Part shown: positions 15,143 through 23,583 of the stretch, one piece after another
Numbering within the stretch: position 1 is the stretch's first letter
Layout of the letters: every line of letters begins with the position of its first letter
Virus record (IMG/VR): IMGVR_UViG_3300044681_000374
Coordinates: 1 to 33,201 of that record
Length of the DNA stretch: 33,201 nt
Direction: 5' to 3' (one strand)
Origin: a virus
Taxonomy: Duplodnaviria; Caudoviricetes
Position numbers and translations under genes: made by a program
The notes under the pieces: generated by a model
Database searches by the model: none
Seen by the model: only the letters and a program-made list of their open reading frames with translations
What the model was told of the DNA's origin: nothing

Positions 15143-16177
15143 GTGACGCTTATCACGCCATCGCGGCTTGGCCAAATCAAAGGCAACGCCGCAGACAACT
15201 ACGCCCTGTTCCTGAAACTGGGTATGTCGGAGGTGTTGACCGCCTTCGATCGCAAAACCGTTTTCACCGGCCGAGTCAAGGAGCGCTCTATTCGGGGCGG
15301 TCAAAGTGCTCGGTTCAAGGTGACTGGCCGGCGCATCGCTGGGTATCACACCCCTGGCACGCCGATCACCAACGTCCCCACGGACGGCAACAACCCCAAC
15401 CCCAGCAACGCACCTTCGGATCGCAACGAGGAGATCATCAATCTCGATGGTCTGCTGGTGGCGCCCGACACCGTGTACGACCTGGACGACCTCATGGAGG
15501 ACGTTCAGTATCGACAGGACATGATGCACCAGCTGGGTGAGGCCCTGGCCCGCGAGAAGGATGCCCGGATTGCCCGGGTGCTCTACGCCGCAGCCAAGCG
15601 CAGCACCGAGCCGCTGAACAAGGCCAGCAATGCCGGCCGCACCGGCACCGCCCGGACTCTCAGCGCCGGCTATGCCACTGCCTCGAAGCAGGCCAAGGGT
15701 GACGAGCTCGCTTCTGTCATCGGTGACATCAAGGTTGCCATGCAGAAGAAGGACGTGCCCACGGACGACCTGGTTGTTGTCGTGCCCCCCGACGAGTACG
15801 ACTTCCTCAACGAAGGCAGCAAGGTGATCAATGCCGACTTCAACCAGGGCTCGGCCAACGGCACCTATGGCGGCGGCACCATCGGCCGGGTGAAGGGACT
15901 CCCGATCATGTGGTCCAACCATGTCACCCAGGCGGCCTACACCAACACCGCCTTCGATCGCAACGCGGCCTACCAGCAGAACCTGTCCAAGTGCCGGGCC
16001 CTGATCTTCCACAAGGATGCGGTCGGTGTGCTCACCCTGCGCCGCCCGCAGCTGCAGATGACCGCCCCCGGCGGTGACTACAACGTGGTCTACCAGTCGC
16101 AGCTGTTTGTCGCACGCATGGCTATCGGCATGGGGATTCTCCGCGCCGAGTGTGCTGCTGTGATCGAAGTCCCCTAG
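15143..16177 (+). CDS. Major capsid protein, T7 gp10-like
   Basis: ALFLKLGMSEVLTAF, RSIRGGQSARF, YHTPGT, LGEALAREKD and GMGILRAECA. Confidence 0.96.
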   Translation: MTLITPSRLGQIKGNAADNYALFLKLGMSEVLTAFDRKTVFTGRVKERSIRGGQSARFKVTGRRIAGYHTPGTPITNVPTDGNNPNPSNAPSDRNEEIINLDGLLVAPDTVYDLDDLMEDVQYRQDMMHQLGEALAREKDARIARVLYAAAKRSTEPLNKASNAGRTGTARTLSAGYATASKQAKGDELASVIGDIKVAMQKKDVPTDDLVVVVPPDEYDFLNEGSKVINADFNQGSANGTYGGGTIGRVKGLPIMWSNHVTQAAYTNTAFDRNAAYQQNLSKCRALIFHKDAVGVLTLRRPQLQMTAPGGDYNVVYQSQLFVARMAIGMGILRAECAAVIEVP

Positions 16178-16205
16178 CCTGGGAGGGGACACAACGGAGG
16201 CTTCT

Positions 16206-16234
16206 GCCCCACCTGCTCCTGGGTGGGGCTTTTT
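16206..16234 (+). terminator. Intrinsic terminator after the capsid gene (Tphi position)
   Basis: Stem GCCCCACC / GGTGGGGC with 8-nt loop, followed by TTTTT. Confidence 0.85.
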
Positions 16235-16255
16235 CATGGCTGCCGATAGCATTGG

Positions 16256-16271
16256 TCTGCACCGTCGCAGC
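16256..16271. promoter_or_regulatory. Palindromic box TCTGCA-CCGT-CGCAGC (copy 5, 3 nt before the tail tube A start)
   Basis: Recurrent motif just downstream of the terminator, preceded by TAGCATTGG. Confidence 0.65.
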
Positions 16272-16274
16272 GGT

Positions 16275-16916
16275 ATGGGGCTGACCAACCAATCGGCGAC
16301 GCCAGGCCGCACCAGCCTGCTCGATGCGGTGAACATCCTGCTGGCCAACATTGGCGAGCAGCCAGTCAGCACGCTGGAGGACCAGCAGGTGCTGGAAGCC
16401 CGCAACGCCGAGGACACGGTGTTGGAGTTCCACAAGGAGGGGCAGACCCGTGGCTGGAGCTGGAACACCGAGAGGGACTATCCCTTCACGCGAAACGACG
16501 CTGGCGAGATCACGGTCCCAGCCAATGCCATCAGCTGGCAGCCAGACCCCTACCAGTTCCAGCACCGCTATCAGCTGCGCGGCCTACGGGTTTACGACAA
16601 GTGGCGCCACACCTACCTGATCGAGGAGAAGGAGCTGCTGGCAGACGTGGTGTGGCTGCTGCCCTGGGATGAGTGCCCGGAGGCCTACAACCGCTGGAGC
16701 CTGATCCGCTCTGCCCGGGTGTTCAGCGCACGGACGGTCGGCGACATGGCCAGCGTGCAGTACACCCAGGTCGATGAGCAGCAGGCGCTGATCGAGCTGC
16801 TGCGGGTGGAGAACATTCAGGAAGCGCCCAACATGATCACGGGCCGGCGGCGCTTCCCAACCTTCCAGCCGGCTGAGGGGCTGACCGATCGGCTGATGGG
16901 AGGCCTGTTCTTGTGA
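16275..16916 (+). CDS. Tail tubular protein A, T7 gp11-like
   Basis: LLDAVNILLANIGEQPV and QTRGWSWNTE. Start placed at ATG 16275. Confidence 0.93.
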   Translation: MGLTNQSATPGRTSLLDAVNILLANIGEQPVSTLEDQQVLEARNAEDTVLEFHKEGQTRGWSWNTERDYPFTRNDAGEITVPANAISWQPDPYQFQHRYQLRGLRVYDKWRHTYLIEEKELLADVVWLLPWDECPEAYNRWSLIRSARVFSARTVGDMASVQYTQVDEQQALIELLRVENIQEAPNMITGRRRFPTFQPAEGLTDRLMGGLFL

Positions 16917-19417
16917 GCCTGGTCAGCTACATGGTCCCCAACCTGATCCAGGGGGTCAGCCAGCAGCCGGACGCATTGCGCGACCCAACTCAGGGCGAAG
17001 TGCAGGTGAATGGCATGAGCTCGCTGGTCGATGGCCTGCGCAAACGCGAGGGCACCCAGGTCATCGCCAAGGTGTCCAACCAGACGCTTGGCAATGTCGC
17101 CCTGCACCAGATCCAGCGCGACGCCGAGGAGCAGTATCTGGTGGTGATCGCCAGGGATGGCATCCAGGTGTTCGAGCTGCTCACCGGGGTTGAGCGCTCG
17201 GTGTCGGCGCCCGATGGCTACAGCTACCTGGCCGGCGGGTCAAACCCCCGGGTGGATGTTCGCGCCGCCACGATCGCTGATTACACCTTCATCAGCAACA
17301 CCAAGCGGCTGCCCGCGATGGCGGCGGCCACCGCACCAGCAGACCCAAGGCCTCTGCCGCATGAGTGCCTGGTGTGGGTCAAGGCCGCCAACTATGGCCA
17401 GACCTACAGGGTCAACCTCAACGGCACCGAGGTCACGGTCCAGACCGCCATTCAGCCGGTGGTGGTGGACGACGGCACCGTAACCGAAAACAGGATCTCG
17501 GCATCAGAGATCGCAAGCCAGCTGCGAACTGCCCTGGCTGGCGTTGCCGGGGTGACCATCACCAGGAGCGGGTCGGTGCTGTGGCTGCGCAGCAGCAATG
17601 CAATCACCATCGAGGCAACAGATGCCCGGGCTAACGCCGACATTGCGGCGATCACCAGCTCTGTGCAGTCGTTCACCGAGCTGCCGACCGCTGCCCCAAA
17701 CGGGTATCAGGTGAAGATCGAAGGCAGCCCGAGCAATCGGTTCGACAACTACTACGTCCGCTTTGTTCCCGGCGAAGGGGCCGGCGCATTTGGAGAAGGC
17801 GTGTGGGAAGAGACCGTTGCGCCAGGCGTCCAGTTCAGGATCGACGCCGCAACCATGCCCCACCTGCTGGTGCGGCTGCCCAACCGCAGCTTCTGGTTCG
17901 GCCCGGCAGATGGCCGCACGGTCAGCGGGGTCAAGATCCCCAAGTGGGGCGAAAGGGCCGCCGGGGACCTGGACACATCGCCAGACCCGTCATTCATCGG
18001 ACACCCGATTCAGGACGTGTTCGTGTTTAAGAATCGGATGGGATTCTTGGCCGATGAGAATATCATCCTCAGCCGCACAAGAGATTTCTTTGAGTTTTTC
18101 CCAGAGACCGCTACCGCCGTTCTCGACACTGACCCCATCGACCTGACCGCAACCAACCCCCGCGTGGCGCTGTTGCGCTATGCCATTCCGTACCAAGATG
18201 AGCTGATTGTCTTTGCGGATCAAATCCAGTTTCGGTTTAATTCTGCCAATGCTTCGCTGACGCCATCGACTGCGCAGATCACGCTGCTCACCCAGTACGA
18301 GATAGATCCAAACGTCAGGCCAATACAGGTTGCTGGCTCGATCGTGTTCTGCCAGGCCAATGGCGAATGGTCGCAGTTTCAGGAGTTCAGTATCCGGGGC
18401 GCGGGGACTGCGCTGGTGGCCGATGCGTCCGACCTGACGACGTATGTGAGCAGCTACGTCCCCAACCAAATCACAAAGCTGTCAGCCAATGATATTGGCT
18501 ATTCGTGGTTTGCGATCTCGGACAAGGCTGGCTATCGGAACCGCATCTATGTGTTCAAGTATTTCAACCGCAGCACAGCGGAGGGGGTGCGGAGGGAGCA
18601 GAGCAGCTGGAGCTACTGGCAGCTGAACGGCGCCAGCCGGATTCTGCAGATTGTGTGCGTGCAAGAAGTTCTCTATGTCCTTGCCCAGTACGGCACTGGG
18701 GTATGGCTGGAGAAGATGTCGGTCACCGACAAGATGAGCGAGCCGGCTGGCAGGGCGCTGCCCTTGCTCGATCGGCTGGTCAGCACCACGACGGACACGC
18801 CGCAGGCAATGCGCGTTGCTGATGGCACTTACGACCTGGCGGCTGACACCACGACTTGGCAGCTGCCATTCCCGGTCGAGGCCCGGACGCTCGCCGTTAG
18901 GGCTGGCCTGGAGGTGGAGCTGGGCAGGAGCGCAGTGCTGGGGGAGACCAGCGATGGCCGGCGGATTGCCGCGAGGGGCGACTGGCGAGGCAAGGCCGTG
19001 TATTTCGGCGAGGCCTACGAGTTCCTCTACCGCTTCACCCGCTTCAAGCTCTACCGGGATGCCGGCGATGGCCGCGTGCCCGGAAACGTGGAGCGGGTGC
19101 AGGTGCGCCATGCCCGCCTCCGCTACCACGGCTCCTCCTATTTCGAGGCTCACGTCATGGCAGAGCGTCGCAGGGCTGCGGTCTACACCTTCACGGGAAA
19201 AACCCTGGATGTCCGCAACTCGGTCGTAGGCAGCGAGACCTTCCCCAATTCCGAGCCGCGGCCTCGCCGCTATCTCGACGGGGTGTTCACGATCCCCATT
19301 CAGTCGAGGGGGGATACCTGCATCGTTGAGCTGCGCAGCAGCAGCCCAGACCCCTGCCAGTTCACGACCTGCGAATGGGTGGGCCTGGCGTTCAGCAAGG
19401 CGAGGGCAGTGCGATGA
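16913..19417 (+). CDS. Tail tubular protein B, T7 gp12-like
   Basis: PNLIQGVSQQPD, GLRKREGT, PSFIG and FKNRMGFLADENIILSR. Confidence 0.95.
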   Translation: MSLVSYMVPNLIQGVSQQPDALRDPTQGEVQVNGMSSLVDGLRKREGTQVIAKVSNQTLGNVALHQIQRDAEEQYLVVIARDGIQVFELLTGVERSVSAPDGYSYLAGGSNPRVDVRAATIADYTFISNTKRLPAMAAATAPADPRPLPHECLVWVKAANYGQTYRVNLNGTEVTVQTAIQPVVVDDGTVTENRISASEIASQLRTALAGVAGVTITRSGSVLWLRSSNAITIEATDARANADIAAITSSVQSFTELPTAAPNGYQVKIEGSPSNRFDNYYVRFVPGEGAGAFGEGVWEETVAPGVQFRIDAATMPHLLVRLPNRSFWFGPADGRTVSGVKIPKWGERAAGDLDTSPDPSFIGHPIQDVFVFKNRMGFLADENIILSRTRDFFEFFPETATAVLDTDPIDLTATNPRVALLRYAIPYQDELIVFADQIQFRFNSANASLTPSTAQITLLTQYEIDPNVRPIQVAGSIVFCQANGEWSQFQEFSIRGAGTALVADASDLTTYVSSYVPNQITKLSANDIGYSWFAISDKAGYRNRIYVFKYFNRSTAEGVRREQSSWSYWQLNGASRILQIVCVQEVLYVLAQYGTGVWLEKMSVTDKMSEPAGRALPLLDRLVSTTTDTPQAMRVADGTYDLAADTTTWQLPFPVEARTLAVRAGLEVELGRSAVLGETSDGRRIAARGDWRGKAVYFGEAYEFLYRFTRFKLYRDAGDGRVPGNVERVQVRHARLRYHGSSYFEAHVMAERRRAAVYTFTGKTLDVRNSVVGSETFPNSEPRPRRYLDGVFTIPIQSRGDTCIVELRSSSPDPCQFTTCEWVGLAFSKARAVR

Positions 19418-19863
19418 GGTGGGCGCCGCCGACCAAGGACCGGGTGCTGCATGTGGCCCGCCACCTGCGCAGGCAGGATGCGATCGAAGTGTTCTGCAGT
19501 GATGGGCTGCAACCCGCAGAAGCAGTGATCCTCAGCTGGAAAAACTCCACCGACTGCCGTTGCATAGAAGGAGACATTGGAGAGCCAGTGGGCCTGTGTG
19601 GCATTGCACCAAGGGGGAGGATCTGGCTGCTGGCCACCGATGGCCTGCTGGCCACGCCGTCCCATCGCCGGCAGTTCGCCAGGGGCGCAAAGCTCTGGGT
19701 GGATGGGCTGATTGCCGATGGCGCCGGCCCGCTGTGGAACCTGGCGCTGGCGAGCAATGTGATCACCCTGCGGTGGCTGCGGTCGCTGGGGTTTGAGCTC
19801 AGCACGCCCGAACCCCACGGGCCCTGCGGGCAGCTGTTCGCCTTCTTCGAGAGGAGGGCCTGA
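19414..19863 (+). CDS. gp13-like protein (GNAT-like fold, DUF2833-type)
   Basis: LRRQDAIEV, IWLLAT, LWN...N...LRWLRSLGF; ATGA-coupled after tube B. Confidence 0.85.
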   Translation: MRWAPPTKDRVLHVARHLRRQDAIEVFCSDGLQPAEAVILSWKNSTDCRCIEGDIGEPVGLCGIAPRGRIWLLATDGLLATPSHRRQFARGAKLWVDGLIADGAGPLWNLALASNVITLRWLRSLGFELSTPEPHGPCGQLFAFFERRA

Positions 19864-20678
19864 TGGGGCTCCCGGCTATCGCTGGTCTCGCGCTTGGTGG
19901 CCTGAACGCAGGCCTGGGGATCCTTGGTGCTTCGCAGGAGCAGGCCGCCGCCGAGCAGGATTACGTCAACCGAAAGGCGTTCCAGGGCGCCAACCAGCAA
20001 TTCGCCCAGTGGCAGGCGGCGTTTAACAAGCGCTATGCCGACGCCAACCAGCAGTACCAGTTCTGGCAGTCCACGCTGGCCTACAACCAGCAGCGGGCCT
20101 ATGTGAACAGCCTGCGCAACTTCGAGCTGAGCAAGGCGATTGCTCAAGCGGAGGTGGTCGGCCAGACCCGAGCCGCCGCTGGCGCTGATCTCGCGCTGCA
20201 ATCCGAAGCGCTGAGCCAGCAATTTGCCGAGGCCTCGATGGCTGATGCCGTGGCCTACCAGCAGTATCAGGTGGCGGCACTCAAGGCCCGAGCATCGGTT
20301 GCGGCCAGCGGCCAGGAAGGCAGCAGCATCGACCGGCTGATCAACGATTACGCCCGGCAGCAGGGGGATTACGCCACGATCCAGCAGATCAACGAGGGGC
20401 TGCGCAGCAGGCAGTACACGCGGGCGCAAACCGCGCAGATCACGCAGTTCTTAAGCCGGTACAACAGCCAGCAGTTCTACGAGCAGCAGCCGTACCTGGA
20501 GCCGATGCGGCCCTTCCAGCCGCTGCCAACGCTTCTTGCCCCGCCGGCGCCAACGATGACCGGGGCGGCGCCCAGTAGTGGCCCTGGCGTGCTGGGCGGG
20601 CTGAGCGGCCTGATGGGTGGCATCGGCGCTGGCATCAACACCTACGCAACCCTCTCCAACATCCAGGCCGGCGCATGA
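19863..20678 (+). CDS. Internal virion (ejection) protein, gp14-like
   Basis: Gly/Ala hydrophobic ends, Gln-rich helix, ASGQEGSSIDRL motif and synteny. Confidence 0.8.
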   Translation: MGLPAIAGLALGGLNAGLGILGASQEQAAAEQDYVNRKAFQGANQQFAQWQAAFNKRYADANQQYQFWQSTLAYNQQRAYVNSLRNFELSKAIAQAEVVGQTRAAAGADLALQSEALSQQFAEASMADAVAYQQYQVAALKARASVAASGQEGSSIDRLINDYARQQGDYATIQQINEGLRSRQYTRAQTAQITQFLSRYNSQQFYEQQPYLEPMRPFQPLPTLLAPPAPTMTGAAPSSGPGVLGGLSGLMGGIGAGINTYATLSNIQAGA

Positions 20679-23551
20679 GCAGGGATCTTCCGCTGAACCA
20701 GATCCGCCCTGCGGCGCAGCCGCTGAGCACATTCATCCAGCCTGCGCAGCGCCAGGTGGCGGCACCGGCCGGACCGCTGGAGATCCCGCGGGTGCCGCAG
20801 ATCAATTTGATCCAGCAGGGCAGCGGCGGCAGCATCGCTGGTGCCAACAACTTCGCCCGCACCGCTGCGGCATTGGCGCCGTTCAACCAGCAGCTGACCC
20901 AGCTGGTGGGCGCTGGGCTGGTGCTCTACGCCAAGCAGCAGGACCAAGTGGGTACTGCTGAAGCGGCCAACGCGGCGATGCGGGCGAAGGCGCTGCTCGA
21001 TGAGCAGGTGGCCCAGTCCGGCGCCGAGTACGCGGCCGAGAACCGGAAGCTGTCGGTGCAGGACCCGATCGCAGCCCTGATGATGGATCAGGTAAACCCG
21101 TTCCGCGCAGCAGCGCGGCAGCGGAAGCTGACCGAGCTGGCCGCGGCCGAGGTGCCTGCCGCCATGCTCACGGCCTACCGGAACATGGAAGGCGCCTACA
21201 TGCTGGCGCCCGGCGACCCGAAGCTGGCGCAGCTCAAGGCCGATGTGACTCAGGGCCTGGTGCAGAAGTACCAGCTCGATGAGAGCTCCCCGGGGTTCGC
21301 GCAGAAGTTCCTGCCGCAACTGAACCAGGCCAGCGACAAGATCACCGAGCTGCAGTGGAAGGACCGCCAGGACTACCTCAAAGATTCGACGTGGCGCACG
21401 GCCCAGGCGCAGCTGCTGGGGATCTACGGGACCGCGCTCCGTGACGGGATCGAGTTCAACGGTGAGCGCATCACCCCCGACCAGGGCAGTCGCTTCCGCA
21501 CCGCTGTCATCGCCGCATGGACGCTGACGCTGGACGGGCTCGCGGACGAGCTGGGGATCGCCGGGGAAGTGATCCCGATGAAGGTGAAGGCGATCGAGGG
21601 TGCCCTGGCACTGGCTGAGTCAGCCGGGAACACGGAGCTCCGCGACCTCCTGCGGCAGATCAGCGTTGGCCCGCCGGACAAGTTCGGGCAGCGGCCGAAC
21701 GCCATGTTCTACATGACGAGCGAAGCGCTCGATGCCGAGATCAAATACGGGGAGGTGTTCTACAAGCGGCAGCAGCGCGAGCAGGAGTCGCTGGGCCAGG
21801 CGTACCAGGACGAGCTGATCAACAAGACCTACAACCTGCCGGACGGGCCGGCCCGGCTGCTGGCGATCGAGGAGCTGCGGGAGGACAAGCGCTTCGAGGC
21901 GCTGCCTCTCAGCCAGAAGCTGGAGCTGGAGCAGAGCACCAGCACCACCATCGACAAGGTGACGGACCTTGGCCGCAGCACCGATGGCGTGGCGGCCCTG
22001 CTGCTGGACATGGACGGCCGGGTGGGGACGCAATGGAGCGCCAGCCAAGCGGACGCCGAGTTTGAGGCAGCCCTGGCCGGGGCGCCGGAGGACCAAAGGC
22101 CTGCGCTCCGGCAGCAGTACGCCGCGATCCGCCGCCGCAACAACGACCGCGAGGCATCGCCCACCAGCCGGGATGTGAGCAATGTGATCGAGCTGCGGAT
22201 CAAGGCCAACGCCAGGGCGGCATACCCCAACAACGTCACCGAGGCGGCAATCCGCGAGCAAAGCGTGCAGCAGCTGATGGCCGGCCTGACCGATGCCGAC
22301 GCGAAGGCGTCAGTGCAGCGGCAGTTCTCGGCCTACCAGCCGTTCGTCCGCCAACGGATTGCCCAAGCCGAGGGCGAGAAGGGCGCACCGCTCACCAATG
22401 CCGAAGCCGTTGCGGTCGCCACGAAGGCACTGGACGAATACGGGTCGCGGGACCCCAAGCAGAAGCAGTACCTGTTCCCCGGCGTCGATGGCCAGCCGGG
22501 TGTTGCCGGCAGCCAGCCGCAGCAGCAGGGGGCAGCAGCAGGCAGCGGCGCCCAGCGGCAGGGCCCACCACCAGGCACCAGGCCCGCCTCGAGGCCGGTC
22601 TACCCCAGCGGCCAGCTGGACAACATCCCTGACCGGCAGAGCCGGGTGCGCAGCTGGCGATCCGAGCCAGTGCTTGATGCGCAGTCGGTCGTCACCGAGG
22701 CCAACCGGATCCTGTACGAGGGCGGCAAACCCAGCGCTGCGCTGCAGCGGTTCGCCAAGGACGCCGGCACCACCCCAGGCGCCCTGCTCAACAAACACAT
22801 CGACTACTACCCCGGAGGCATCCGAGTGACACCAGAAGAACGCGAGCGGCTGCAGCGCGACGGCCGGCGGGCGCAGGCCACCCGCAGCGCAGCGCAGCCC
22901 AAGCAGGTTGCCGCCAGGTCGCCACAGGACAGCCCGGTGGCGCGGGCGGCCGGTTGGATGCTCGACATGGTGATGGGCACCAGGCCAGCCGTTGCCGCTC
23001 AGCCCCGGCTGCGGTCGGCGGTGGGTGTTGGCGGTGGCGGTGGCGGGCAGGTGGCGATGAGGAGTGGGGGCATCAGCAGCGGCGGGGTCTACACCGCCGC
23101 CCCCGGGCTGAGCCCTCAGCAGCGGGCGTTGCTGCGCACCATCCGATGGGCCGAAGGCACGGCAGGGCCTGATGGCTACCGGACCATGTTCACTGGCGCG
23201 AAGTTCAGCGACCTCAGCCGCCACCCCAGGCGCATCAACAGCAGCAACGGCCTGTCGTCCGATGCGGCCGGCGCCTACCAGTTCCTGTCAACCACTTGGG
23301 ACAGTGTTGGCGGCGGGGCGATGACTCCGGCCCGGCAGGACATGGCCGCACTGGAACTGGTGCGCCGTCGCGGGGTGGACCCGCGCCTACCCGGCGGCTT
23401 CACGCTGCAGGTGGCCGACCGCCTCGCGCCTGAGTGGGCCAGCTTCCCGACCGCAAAAACCGGCACCAGTTACTACGGGCAGGGCGGGAAAAGCTTCGCT
23501 CAGCTCAAGGCCTACTACGACCGGGCACTGCAGGAGGAGATGGGCAGATGA
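20675..23551 (+). CDS. Internal virion protein, gp15-like, with C-terminal lambda-R/GH104-type muramidase
   Basis: Synteny; C-terminal LLRTIRWAEGT, FSDLSRHP, AAGAYQFL..TW, LAPEWASFP and YYGQ. Confidence 0.85.
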   Translation: MSRDLPLNQIRPAAQPLSTFIQPAQRQVAAPAGPLEIPRVPQINLIQQGSGGSIAGANNFARTAAALAPFNQQLTQLVGAGLVLYAKQQDQVGTAEAANAAMRAKALLDEQVAQSGAEYAAENRKLSVQDPIAALMMDQVNPFRAAARQRKLTELAAAEVPAAMLTAYRNMEGAYMLAPGDPKLAQLKADVTQGLVQKYQLDESSPGFAQKFLPQLNQASDKITELQWKDRQDYLKDSTWRTAQAQLLGIYGTALRDGIEFNGERITPDQGSRFRTAVIAAWTLTLDGLADELGIAGEVIPMKVKAIEGALALAESAGNTELRDLLRQISVGPPDKFGQRPNAMFYMTSEALDAEIKYGEVFYKRQQREQESLGQAYQDELINKTYNLPDGPARLLAIEELREDKRFEALPLSQKLELEQSTSTTIDKVTDLGRSTDGVAALLLDMDGRVGTQWSASQADAEFEAALAGAPEDQRPALRQQYAAIRRRNNDREASPTSRDVSNVIELRIKANARAAYPNNVTEAAIREQSVQQLMAGLTDADAKASVQRQFSAYQPFVRQRIAQAEGEKGAPLTNAEAVAVATKALDEYGSRDPKQKQYLFPGVDGQPGVAGSQPQQQGAAAGSGAQRQGPPPGTRPASRPVYPSGQLDNIPDRQSRVRSWRSEPVLDAQSVVTEANRILYEGGKPSAALQRFAKDAGTTPGALLNKHIDYYPGGIRVTPEERERLQRDGRRAQATRSAAQPKQVAARSPQDSPVARAAGWMLDMVMGTRPAVAAQPRLRSAVGVGGGGGGQVAMRSGGISSGGVYTAAPGLSPQQRALLRTIRWAEGTAGPDGYRTMFTGAKFSDLSRHPRRINSSNGLSSDAAGAYQFLSTTWDSVGGGAMTPARQDMAALELVRRRGVDPRLPGGFTLQVADRLAPEWASFPTAKTGTSYYGQGGKSFAQLKAYYDRALQEEMGR

Positions 23552-23583
23552 CAGCGCTGACCCAGCCCACCAGGAGATAACCC

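Noticed and set aside
16150-16200. Programmed frameshift giving a 10B-like capsid extension
   Set aside because: No convincing slippery heptamer at the gene end, and a terminator follows within 30 nt.
16251-16265. Match to the Syn5 RNAP promoter (ATTGG...CACC)
   Set aside because: The resemblance is superficial, and the ATTGG prefix is shared by only two of the six copies.
14993-16468. Long minus-strand ORFs (491 aa here; also 29907-31277, 27819-29042, 14022-15104 and others)
   Set aside because: Antisense shadows of high-GC coding genes, fully overlapping well-supported + strand genes and lacking motifs.
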